Source: Octopus sinensis
Taxonomy: Eukaryota
Direction of reading: 5' to 3'
Length of the DNA: 64,000 nucleotides
NCBI RefSeq assembly: GCF_006345805.1
Contig: NC_043012.1
Span: 17,236,001 to 17,300,000 of the forward strand
Part shown: positions 53,091 to 64,000 of the stretch, piece by piece
Numbering within the stretch: position 1 is the stretch's first letter
Layout: each line of letters starts with the position of its first letter
Notes under the pieces: model-generated
Database searches by the model: none
Told to the model about the DNA's origin: nothing
What the model saw: the letters and a program-made list of their open reading frames with translations, nothing else
Position numbers and translations under genes: made by a program

Positions 53091-53390
53091 AAATGTATCA
53101 CTGATATGTATGCATACACATGTATATATGCAGAAAGAAAAAGATATAAACCTCTATTCCTGAAATCATTCCAATAACGCACGTTATACATGCTACGGTT
53201 TAGAGTTTATAAACATTTTATTCCATTGTAGGCCTTACATTATAATTATTCCGTTTTTTGATCCAGAATAGGATGACAAACCGATGAATTTAGCTGTATG
53301 GCGCATATTAAACAAAATTATGCATACATCGTTACATACATACATACATTCATATATATATAAATATATATATAAGTATGTATATATATA

Positions 53391-53637
53391 GTGGTAGTAT
53401 ACTGACAACTCAACGTGACAGTCCCGTAAGGGAATTACACCACCACCATTTAGCCCTAGGAAACATTGACGTTTCCTGTCGGCTTTGACACATTTTCTGC
53501 ATCCTTATATTTGCAAATATAAGGACACAGAAAATGTGTCAAAGCCGACAGGAAACGTTCGATGCTTCCTAGGGCTAAATGGCGGTGGTGTAATTCCCTT
53601 ACGGGACTGTCACGTTGAGTTGACAGTATACAACCAC
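53391..53637. mobile_element. 247-bp fold-back element with a loopless centre
   Basis: gtggtagtatactgacaactcaacgtgacagtccc...gggactgtcacgttgagttgacagtatacaaccac; centre atatttg|caaatat at 53513/53514. Confidence 0.92.
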
Positions 53638-53727
53638 GATATCGCTCCACCACCGCTAATGTCTCTCTGAGACATTTAAAAATTCAATATTTCTAATTAT
53701 ATATAATATATGTATTTATGAATATAT

Positions 53728-53951
53728 ACTCTTTTACTCTTTTACTCTTTTACTTGTTTCAGTCACATGACTGCGGCCATGCTGGAGCACCATGTTTAGT
53801 CGAGCAACTCAACCCCGGGACTTATTCTTTTTAAGTCCAGTACTTTTTCTATCGGTCTCTTTTGCCGAGCCGCTAAGTGACAGGGACGCAAACACACCAG
53901 CATCGGTTGTCAAGCAATGCTAGGGGGACAAACACAGACGTACACACACAC

Positions 53952-54000
<49 letters not shown>

Positions 54001-54160
54001 TACGACAGGCTTCTTTCAGTTTCCGTCTACCAAATCCACTCACAAGGCATTGGTCGGCCCGGGGCTATAGTAGAAGACACTTGCCCAAGATGCCACGCAG
54101 TGGGACTGAACCCGGAACCATGTGGCTGGTTAGCAAGCTACTTACCACACAGCCACTCCT
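53728..54160 (-). mobile_element. Family A SINE, full length, low divergence
   Basis: Reverse complement of 34268-34678 including the (agagtaa)n tail and internal microsatellite. Confidence 0.92.
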
Positions 54161-54589
54161 ATATATATATATACATATTTAATATATACGCATATATATA
54201 CAAATAATCATTCGTGTAATCATCGAACATGGAGCTTAACTATAGTCTGTCCATAACACTTACTCAGCATTATCTGACACCTTTGGGTCTTCTTGACACC
54301 AGTACCTCTTATAACATCGATATACATACATACATACATACACACACACACATACATGCATATACACACACACACACACATATATATAAATACATACATA
54401 CATATTTATATACATATATATGCATACATACATACATACATACATATATATATACTTACATACAGCGATGAGATGGACATATTCTACACTCGCGCGAATC
54501 TTCATGTAAGAAAAGTGCAACTGTAATTAAGTATATGTAACTCCAACCAAATGTATTGACTGCCACTTTATTCGTTTTCTCACTCACTC

Positions 54590-54713
<124 letters not shown>

Positions 54714-55299
54714 GTGGGGTTTCCATGCTTGTTCTGAATCTTCACATATGTAAGGCTGATGCCCTGGCAATTTCTTGATGTTGATAACCATTTGGTTAAC
54801 TATAAAGTGAAAATTCACCTCTCCATGCACTGGTATTGTCGAAAAAAAAAAACAAGTCCAATAAAATTTTGTACGAGCGTTGATGCAGCTTTTGTCCCCA
54901 GCACGTAAAGGCCGGTAAAAAACCCGCTATAACACAAGATGTATTATTCAAGGCTATAGCTGTCCAGACAGAATACTACTGAGGAATTGTTAGTATTCTT
55001 AGAATGTTGGATGGAATATCTGGCGATGTTTGTTTCAACTTTCCACGCTTTAAGTTAATATACGAGTGATATCAGCACTATCTTTCATACTTTTATAATT
55101 CCAAAACATAAACCACCGGTCGGTGAATTATCGGAAGGGTTGTCAAGAGGCCATTGAAGCTAACCGCTTCACATGTCCGAGAAATTCAAGCTTATATGAT
55201 AATAAGTTTATTCGCAAGGCAGATCGCAGGATGAGCAATCCCACCTCAGTATTCGGAATATTGAGAGAACGACCGTAGAGATCCCACTATGTTTCTCCA

Positions 55300-57000
55300 A
55301 GGAAAATATAAATATATATTGCTGTGAATGTCTATGAGAGACATGGTCGAATATTTCATCGATTAGTTTCAAATATAATTAGTTCTGGAAAGTAAGAACC
55401 GGAATTTGTTTAACTATACATTTATGATATCTTATAGCAGCTGTATCGGCGAATGCAAATATCACACACAGTGGGCAGAGATATCATGAGATTACCTCAA
55501 TCAAAGTCGTTACAAGCTAACATGTTTGTAACTCTATTTCAATATAATAGCAAGGAATACTTGGATAGTGTAAATACTAGAGAATGTTTAATGGTTATTC
55601 CTGGAAATAAACAGGTTCTTGGATTTGTATCCGAAGATAGAATCGGTCAAGTGCAGAAGAAGTTGCGATAATTATGTCAGATACTAACTTGGAAATCCTA
55701 CAACCAGAACGACTTATTACGCAACGTAAACAGGGTGTTGTAGAGAGATGCCTCACTTCAAACAATAAAATCTATTCATCCAAATTATGGCCCGCTGCAG
55801 TTTCCATAGCAATTTCCATTTGGTGATAGAAGCGAGAAAGTTGGCTTTACACGTGACATAACAAGAAAAACTGAGAAAATTACACAAATAGATTACTACA
55901 AATATATGCTGCGGTACGTGAAGACGATTTCAATTATCTTTACTACTCAAGTGATTTAGCACGAGAATACTGTTGTGATATGTATTCTAAATTTGAAAAA
56001 GCTGGATTTCAATGTATGAGGTCTAATCAAAAACAACTTTCAGCTGAAATGTATCAAACTATTTGTAATTATGTAGACTCAGTGGCAGTGAGCTATTAGA
56101 GAAAGAATAGTCATAACCTAACCTGCGCTGGAATCCCAAGATGGCTACAGATTCTTTCTCACAACTCCATATCAATAGATTTAATGTTGGAAAACGTTAT
56201 TAACGTCAGCCGATCAGGATTAGGAAGAAATTACAAACAGATTGTTTCCAGGGCAAATGGCGGCCGATGGTCGAAATTAAGGATTTATTAAATAATATAG
56301 TAAAAAAAAGAGAGATATGTTATAGAAAAGAAAAGTTCCAAGGCATATGTTCACTCATTGTCATACGTTCATTGCATTTTTAATAAATGCATTATAAGTT
56401 AGATCTCTAGGACATTTATAGATTTTTATTTGTAGAACTACCGAATCTAGAAGCTCCATGTTACATGATCCATGTAGTTGATGGACCATCTATAGATGAT
56501 GCACCATCTATTGTTGATGACAAATGTAAAATTCAATATTTCAAAGATTTTTTTTTTGGCAATTACTGTCGAGAACACTAACGGCTGATGCAATTATAAA
56601 CGTGTTAATAATTCTGTGGTCAAAACATCACACGTGGCTTTAAATCATCGGTAGTAACACATTTTAAGCGTATCTGCATTAAATATGCTGACCAATGTAA
56701 TGTAGACTCATGTAAGGCAGCTAAATCAATATAATATATCAGTAAGTAGATTCATAAATATCTTGACAAAATAAACTACTACGTGAAAAACAGATACTCA
56801 AGAACATCAAGAAGGTGAAAATGATTATATAAGCGATCACTGCTTTGATAACCGAAGCAGCCTGGGGGATGTTGGGTTTTAAATAACAGGATTCGTATAT
56901 ATTTTCGTAAACTCTAATGGTTCATTTTGCAAGAAAATATATATTTCCTAATGACAACCAAGAAATTGCAAATCATCGGCAGGAATACCTGAACTCTAAG
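55300..57000 (+). mobile_element. Highly decayed Helitron, N-terminal and Rep region
   Basis: Fragments across frames: HGRIFHR; LYIYD; LQTIKSIHPNYGPLQFP*QFPFGD (consensus H.SYDPLQYPLLFP.GE); TCAGIPRW; THCHTF (HUH motif); YMIH...DDKCKIQYFKDF; KYADQCNVDSCKAAKSI*YISK*IHK; EAAWGMLGF. Confidence 0.78.
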
Positions 57001-57116
57001 TGAATGGATTGAAATTAACTGTGAAAATGCTTGCCTTCTTTAAAATATACTAAATGAAATTCTGATGCTTCAAAGCATGTTGCGTGGGATAAAAGTAAGA
57101 GAAACTAATACACATA

Positions 57117-57172
57117 TTCTTTTATTCTTTTACTTGTTTCTGTGATTTGATTGCGGTCATGCTGGGGCACTG
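57117..57172 (-). mobile_element. Family A SINE tail only
   Basis: ttttacttgtttctgtgatttgattgcggtcatgctggggcac is the reverse complement of the tail. Confidence 0.7.
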
Positions 57173-57269
57173 CATATATATATAATCTGTTCTGCTGCTT
57201 CAAAAGCTTCGCAATATTTTGGTGAATTATTTGCTTTATCAAGTTACAAGAAAAGCAACCTAGCATTGA

Positions 57270-57705
57270 AAGACACATTTCTGCCATTTCTTTTTATTCT
57301 CCACTAGTATAAGTTCTTGTACTTCACTGAATCTTTCACATCCACTTGGTTGATGTAACTTCTTGAGCGCAGGACGTGAGCCATGGGTCGGAACAAGTAA
57401 TAATCTCAGTAAACTAGGTGCGGATTATATGCTTGGAGTGGTATGAGTTCAATTCCCAGAAGTCCCTGGAATTTCTTGCGGGTTGTTCGAGTGGTATGAG
57501 GTCTTATGTTGACTTGCTGCAGAAACGCTCGATTTCTGTTCACCAATGCCAGACATTTTTGCTGCTCAACGGCATATATCTCCTCCAGCTGTTTGGAGTA
57601 GAGGTTGGTATCGGTCGTTTGATTTTCCAGAACGGAAACAGGGAATTATCCCATCATAATTCTATCAGATGGAGAGCACCACCTTGTGCTTCAAACAACT
57701 CTGCT
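57270..57705 (-). mobile_element. Mariner-type transposase remnant, C-terminal half
   Basis: Minus: KVVLSI**NYDGII...NLYSKQLEEIYA...FLQQVNIRPHT...IELIPLQAYNPHLVY*DYYLFRPMAH, matching LHDNARPH and HPPYSPDLAPSDY.LF. Confidence 0.8.
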
Positions 57706-57783
57706 TCGTGACAGGTTCCGGAAGCTGCTCCTTGCTTAATCATTCTCTATGTACGTTACGATTGTGAAAAACTATCTCTCTCG

Positions 57784-57955
57784 GATTATTACTTGTTTCA
57801 ATCCATGGCTCACTTCTTGAACTAGCGACGCTTCACCAAGAGGCGGTGAAAGATTCAGTGAAGGAGTTCTTTCTCTCGAAGTAAAAGAACTGGTATCAGC
57901 TTGGGGTCAAAGAATTGGTAGAAAGATGACTTCAGACTGTACATCAGGTTGGCCT
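57784..57955 (+). mobile_element. Second mariner C-terminal remnant, opposite orientation
   Basis: DYYLFQSMAHFL...VKEFFLSK*KNWYQLGVKELVER; gattattacttgtttcaatccatggctcac matches the reverse complement of 57376-57405. Confidence 0.75.
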
Positions 57956-58019
57956 CCGCTTAGAAGCTTAGGCTTCTTTTGTCGTAGCTTAAACAAAGCA
58001 CATAAGTTACTAAAATATT

Positions 58020-58233
58020 CTTTTCTGTTCTAGGTACAAGGCCTGAAATTTCTGGGTAGGGGACCATTCGATTACATCGACCCCGTACGCAACTGGTACT
58101 TAATTTATCGACCCCGAAAGGATGAAAGGCAAAGACGACCTAGGTGGAATTTGAACTTAGAACGTAAAGACAAACGAAATACCGCTAAGCATTTCGCCCG
58201 GCGCGCTAAGGTTTCTGTCAGCTCGCCGCCTTA
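58020..58233 (-). mobile_element. Family B SINE, near full length
   Basis: Minus: aaggcggcgagctgacagaa..ttagc head, gttctaagttcaaattcc B-box, central gtc-ttgcctttcatcctttcggggtcgataaattaagtaccagtt. Confidence 0.88.
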
Positions 58234-59119
58234 AGTCAGTAAAATATTGGAAAACTTTTGACTCATCACAATACCAAACGTGTGTACTTTGTTTCCGCCC
58301 CAAAATTGGGAACCTTTTTTTACCTGAGAAATTTAGTGCATCATATTACATACTTATTGTAGATGGGAGAATTGTCAATGGCAAAGTTTCTACTATTTAC
58401 AATGGAATTGAAGTCAAATGAGTTTAAGACAGAATGATTGTGAATATTATCATACAATGGCGTATGCTCCTGTTTCACAATCAAAACGTTAGGTTCTTTT
58501 TGTTGGATTGTTCTTTACTACAATCCTGCAGAGCACAAGATATATATTATTGCACTTTGATAAAAGAAATTTCATAGCTGGAAATCTATCTATTAGGGGG
58601 AACTGAAATAATTGGTTCCATACGGCAATATACCATTGTTTAATGAGAATAGATTCTTTTTAAATAATTGCCCTCCAGTGACAACGCCTAAGTTGTTTAG
58701 CATGAACGTTTGCAGAGAAAACGGGTTGAAGAGCTTCGAAATTTTAAAGAGAATGAATAAATGTTTAGAAGGAAAAGGTAAAGAAATAAAAAATAGGTTA
58801 ACTATTGAAAAGGTTGCAAGACACAACGAAAATTTTAGAAAAATAAAAAAGAAATAATTGGGAAATTTTACGAGTGAATGTGTTAAATTATAAGGCACTA
58901 AAAGAGAATGACTCTCCCCAGACACAACAGGTTAACTAATAGCTTGATGTACTTTTTTTATATGGCTGTAAAAACGGACACATTTTAAAAGCAAAAGCCA
59001 TCACCCACCATTGTTGTTTCCTTACATTTGGAGGATAGGAGAAAACTTAGCCTGTATTAAGACGACCCAGTTTAATCCGGTTTATGGTACTATATCCAAT
59101 ATCTCAAAACAGAGTGGAA

Positions 59120-59350
59120 AAGCAGTTTATATTATAGAAGGTGGCGTTAAGTTGGTGAGATAGAATTGTTGGCGCGTCGGACAAAATACTTAGGGATATT
59201 TCTTTCAGTTAGTTTTTTTTTACATTTGGAGTTCAAACACCACTGAAAACAACTTTACTTCTCATTCTGTCGAGAGCGATAAAATGAAGATCCAATCAAA
59301 TATGGAGGTCTATGTAATCGATTTACCACTCCCTTGAAATTGCTGGCTTT
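59120..59350 (+). mobile_element. Diverged family B-like SINE
   Basis: agaattgttggcgcgtcggacaaaatacttag...gagttcaaacacc; head similar to the reverse of 58160-58233. Confidence 0.5.
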
Positions 59351-59544
59351 GTGTCAGAATTTGAAAGAATTATAGACGATTCTATTATTCTGATGTCTTT
59401 TTCTTTCCTTCTAGATCTATTAACTAGAATATTTAATACGGTTGTATATTTGAGAGAAGAGGAATTATTTACATTATTTACATTATTCACATTAAACAGA
59501 TATTTGCCCTCATCTTGTTGTTAACACAACGCTTTAGTGGTTAA

Positions 59545-59611
59545 CACAACGGTAGTGATTAACAACGCGGACTACTAACCCCAAGATTCCGAGTTCGATT
59601 CCAGGCAGTGA

Positions 59612-59657
<46 letters not shown>

Positions 59658-59800
59658 GATGATAATATCGAAAAATACCTTAGGAATGAGAACCCAGGTT
59701 CGAAATTTCCAAGACAACTGATGAAGGATGGAGGGTGTATCAGCCGAAATGTTGTGTTAACAACAAACAAGATGAGGACAAATATCCGTCGAATGTAATA
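59545..59800 (+). mobile_element. tRNA-headed SINE with internal (AAT)n and Penelope-like hammerhead tail
   Basis: Head with B-box gagttcgattcc (59589-59600), (AAT)n at 59617-59665, tail matching 447-580, hammerhead-like core at 59713-59758. Confidence 0.75.
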
Positions 59801-59849
59801 ACAGAATATTTGAAACATGAAAACGTACGAACTACGTCATGTCAATTAG

Positions 59850-60650
59850 CTTTTTTTTTAGAAGAAATCTTGTAATTTTCGTGGGGACTGGAATTAAAAG
59901 TGGGAACAGAGAAAAGACTCTTGACACCAGTTTTAATAATTTATCATTAAGGGGATGTGTCATTATACTGCACGTGACAATCAACATTCGACTAAAATCA
60001 AACCCAGAAAATGCAGAGGAATAAAAAAAAACTTGAATTCAACAACTTTTTCCTTCGTCTAGGAAATGACGTTGAACCCGAAGACAAAAAAGGGAGATAT
60101 TAAGGTTCCAAAAAAATCTATTCATTCTGGTAAGTTCTCAAATCTCAGCCTCAGTTTTTGAAAAAGGCAGCGTACAAAAATGCATTCTTGTGTCTGAAAA
60201 GTCTCTGAAATAGGGATTTTAGCTCTAACAATTATCTTCATCGAATTAATAAATGAAGAAATATTGAACCGTTTTCCGGGTGATGAAACGTATTGTTCAC
60301 TCATAATAACTCTCCTGATCAAGATGACACTTCTGAATTTACAACAGAATATTTAAAGACCCGAAATGCTTCTGGCTTGCCAACACACACATTAAAATTA
60401 AAGACTAATTCTATAGTGATTAATTCTACTACGTATAGACCGAGAAAATGCTAATGTGTAATGATGCCCGTTTAATTATTCAACAAATTAGAATAAACAT
60501 CATCACAGTAGGAATTACGATTCAGGGTCCACAACACAGGAAAATTGTATTTATTCCAAGAGGCGCCCTTTCTTCTGGAGGTGACAAATGTCCATTAACA
60601 TTAATATAAAACCAAAAAACACAGTTTCTAATTAAATTAGCAAGGATAGT
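59850..60650 (+). mobile_element. Decayed Helitron PIF1 helicase, C-terminal remnant
   Basis: LHVTINIRL (L..NMR), LGND, ILNRFPG, FTTEYLKTRNASGLPTHTLKLK, C*CNDARLII, GPQHRKIVFIPR. Confidence 0.75.
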
Positions 60651-60711
60651 GGCAATAAATAAACGCCAAGAACAAAAAAGAAATTGTAAAGAAAGCATGA
60701 AAATGTGGTTA

Positions 60712-60851
60712 AGAAAATCACTTTGCAGCCACGTAGTTTCAGGTTCAATCCCACTGTGCGGCAATTTGGGAGAATGTCTTCTACTATTACTCCTGGTTGA
60801 CACAATGCCATGTGAGTGAAATTAGTAGACGGAAAGTTTGTAGAAAATCGT

Positions 60852-60852
<1 letters not shown>
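60712..60852 (+). mobile_element. Family A SINE, 5' half, ending at the internal (TA)n
   Basis: ggttcaatcccactg...ttgggagaatgtcttctacta...gtgagtgaaattagtagacggaaa. Confidence 0.75.
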
Positions 60853-60934
<82 letters not shown>

Positions 60935-61614
60935 GTATATATGTATGTATATAAGATCCAAGGATTTACTTGTAGGAAGAAAGTTAGCTTGAAGCAAATA
61001 TAAAAAATACAACTCTCTGGGACAGTAGTGGTTTATTGAGATGTGAGGTTGTAGATATTTTTCGTATCAAAGAACGACAAACTGAAGAAAGCTCTTTTTA
61101 TATTTCACGGTAGACGACCATGGTTGTTGGGTGTTTGAATAAGAATACAAGAGATAAGGAATGGAGTAGATAAGATCCGGGCTATATATGTTTCATAGCG
61201 AGCGGAACCTCGGAAGTGGAGAATATCCAAACTAGGTGTATACCGCTGGTTACTCTTCGGGTCAAGGATATCTTGATTAAGTGAAAATTGACATTGTCGC
61301 AAGGAGCTACACGCTAACATACGGGAGATTCAATCAGAATCTTTGGCCTGTAGAGTAGCTTGCACTGTACAGTTCGCTTCGATATTTACCACTTCTGAGG
61401 TTCCGCTCGCTATGAAATATACGTTGCCCGGATCTTGTCTACCCCATTCTTTAACTCTTGTGTGTGTAAGTCTATATATATATATATATATATATATGTA
61501 CATATGTATTTTTGGATTCATTAATTTCAATGATACTATCTATATCATTAAATATGTTGGTACAATAGAAACAACTTTTGGCTCTGTAAGGTGAATTCTA
61601 CAATTAAACACGTG

Positions 61615-61659
<45 letters not shown>

Positions 61660-62159
61660 TGTTTCAGACTCATGGCATTTAGATTATGGCTAACAACAAT
61701 GGCAAGGGAACCAATATCAACAGTGATATTATTACCAATTCTATAAGCTACCTAAATGGCGTAATTATTTTAATTCTTGTAGATTTTTGCATTCTAATCC
61801 AAATCTAATCTGGTGAATTTAATATACTGTGAACATCATGGTGGTATGACTTTTAGCATGCCATCCTGTGAGCTATTGTGGCTGGGCATAGCTGGAATAA
61901 ATTCACTCACAAGTATGTTCCCTTCACCTGGCTGGTTGCTAAAAATAACAGCTAAAAATGCGATACATAAGGCATTATCTACATCAATATTTCTTAAGCT
62001 TTGCAATGTCATTTACCCCCTCGGACTGATGCATTTCACCATTCACTATCTTAATCCCCTTGAAAAGTATAGACTAAAAGAAACAAACGCATAAAACATA
62101 AAAGCAATGTTTAAGACATTGGTCTTATCGTCACTTTAACTTCAGCCATTTAAATTAAA

Positions 62160-62202
<43 letters not shown>

Positions 62203-62205
<3 letters not shown>

Positions 62206-62845
62206 TAAGGGTGAAACATTGAATATTAATTTGATTAATATCAATTTAAAGCCAGTGGCCTAGCATAAAGAAAAATCTTAAGATCCAGAAAAATTATTAC
62301 ATACATATAAGAGGGATGACCACAAATTGGACATCCATATGCTCGAAGTCGACCCCCTATGGTTTTACAATTAAGAAAGGAATATTCTCAAGAACATAAG
62401 TGAGCAAGACAAATGAAAAGATACAAAAGATACAGATTAATTACAAACCACTTTCATTGTTGCCACATACGTATTCACTTACGTAGTTGTCCGCAGCTCG
62501 TTAGTGTGATCATCATAGCAAAATATAATTTGCAGAAGAATTATACACGAGACGTCCGCATGAGATTGAACATGTATATAGTTCTACCATTTACTGTTGG
62601 GGTTATATTTCAAAAGTCTTCGTTTTGGCGCGTTCTGGCGTTTGCCAAATTTCATTGAGGACATTCCTTTCTTAGTGGTAAGACCATAGGGAGTCGACTT
62701 CGAGCATATGGATGTCCACTTAGTGGTCATCCCTCTCATATGTATGTAATATAATTTTTCTGAATCTTCAGAATTTTCTATATGCTAGACCACTGGTTTT
62801 AAATTGATACTAATCAAATTAATATTCAATTTTTCACTCTAATTA
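62203..62845. mobile_element. MITE-like element with ~190-bp terminal inverted repeats
   Basis: 62203-62391 is the diverged reverse complement of 62656-62845 (ggacatccatatgctcgaagtcgac versus gtcgacttcgagcatatggatgtcc). Confidence 0.85.
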
Positions 62846-62934
62846 CTTTAAATTAAAATTTCAATAATCATGTTCTCTAACCGGCAAAATTCAGGGCAGA
62901 GAATTATTTTCTGCAGAATTATTTCCGGTATTTT

Positions 62935-63270
62935 AGCACACCAAAACAAAGACTTTTGAATTATAACCCCAAATGTAATTGGTAGAACTATATACATATT
63001 CAATCTCATGCGGATGTCCCGTGTATAGTTCTGCAAATTATATATTACTATGACGATGACACTGACGAGTTGCGGACATCTACATAAGTGATTACGTAAG
63101 CGGTAGCAACAAAACTGGTTCGTGATTAATCTTTATATTTTGTATCTTTTCATTTGTCTTGCTCGATTACGTTCTGGCCCACCATACATTCTGCCCTCCT
63201 CCCCCATAGGGGGTCGACTTCCAGCATATAGATGTCCATTTAGTCGTCATCCTTCTTATATATATATATA
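62935..63270. mobile_element. Second, inverted partial copy of the same MITE-like element
   Basis: 62940-63165 is the reverse complement of 62398-62630 (ORFs 62413+ and 62848- share NYTRD.RMRLNMYIVLP); 63204-63270 is a partial TIR. Confidence 0.82.
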
Positions 63271-63399
63271 TGGCCTGCTCGCTTAGCCAGCGGGGTAGCG
63301 TCATTTGAAGGCTAAAACAATGCGAAGCGCATTGTAACCAGCGATGTGTAGCAACATCTGATAGCCTGGTCGGTCACGTGATCACGGTGATATATATAT

Positions 63400-63702
63400 A
63401 TAGGAATAAAGACCTCCTTTGGTCATGAATGACTGCGATTTTACACATAGAAGGTTGCATAGTGAAGACTAGCAGACACCCATGCTTACCAGTTTCCCTT
63501 CTACAAATGTTTTCCAAAGGAAAGGCAAAGGCTGATACAATTTGGCACCAATGACGCTGCAACTCATTTCTATAGCTGAGTGAACTGGAGCAACGCGAAA
63601 TAAAGTGTCTTGCTCAAGAACGCAACTCAGAGACCGGTCAGGGAATCGAACTCACTAACACATTATTGAGATCCCGACTCTCTCACCACTGAGCTATGCG
63701 CC
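63400..63702 (-). mobile_element. Family C SINE
   Basis: Aligns with 50648-50990; aaagtgtcttgctcaagaac CORE/V-like box; gggaatcgaactc B-box in reverse. Confidence 0.75.
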
Positions 63703-63779
63703 TGCATATAAGCATACATAGATGTACACACATATAAATATACACATATATGCGTACATACATATATGTATATGTGTGT

Positions 63780-63780
63780 G

Positions 63781-63839
<59 letters not shown>

Positions 63840-63842
63840 GTA

Positions 63843-63914
<72 letters not shown>

Positions 63915-63927
63915 ATCTATCTATCTG

Positions 63928-64000
<73 letters not shown>
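63780..64000. repeat. (CTAT)n/(CTGT)n microsatellite
   Basis: Read directly. Confidence 0.97.

Overview
Eukaryotic, AT-rich, microsatellite-saturated intergenic/intronic DNA. The SINE/LINE/microsatellite landscape resembles a coleoid cephalopod (Octopus-like); this is an inference, not a database result. Nearly all listed ORFs are microsatellite translations and no intact host gene is recognisable. The window contains: two decayed Helitrons (minus ~5.5-9.3 kb; plus ~55.3-60.65 kb, split by later insertions); a full-length but dead Tc1 element with DD36(E) spacing; two back-to-back mariner 3' fragments; 3' ends of a CR1/L2-group LINE (two copies), an R4/Dong-type LINE and a probable RTE-type LINE with three C2H2 fingers; at least three tRNA-derived SINE families in many copies; a near-identical 1753-bp tandem duplication; and an unclassified family of fold-back (palindromic) elements. 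The most interesting signals are (i) a tRNA-headed SINE whose tail carries a minimal Penelope-type hammerhead ribozyme fold, (ii) the long-palindrome family sharing one terminal sequence, and (iii) a SINE 3' tail shared with the local CR1/L2-group LINE. All alignments were made by eye and boundaries are approximate unless stated.
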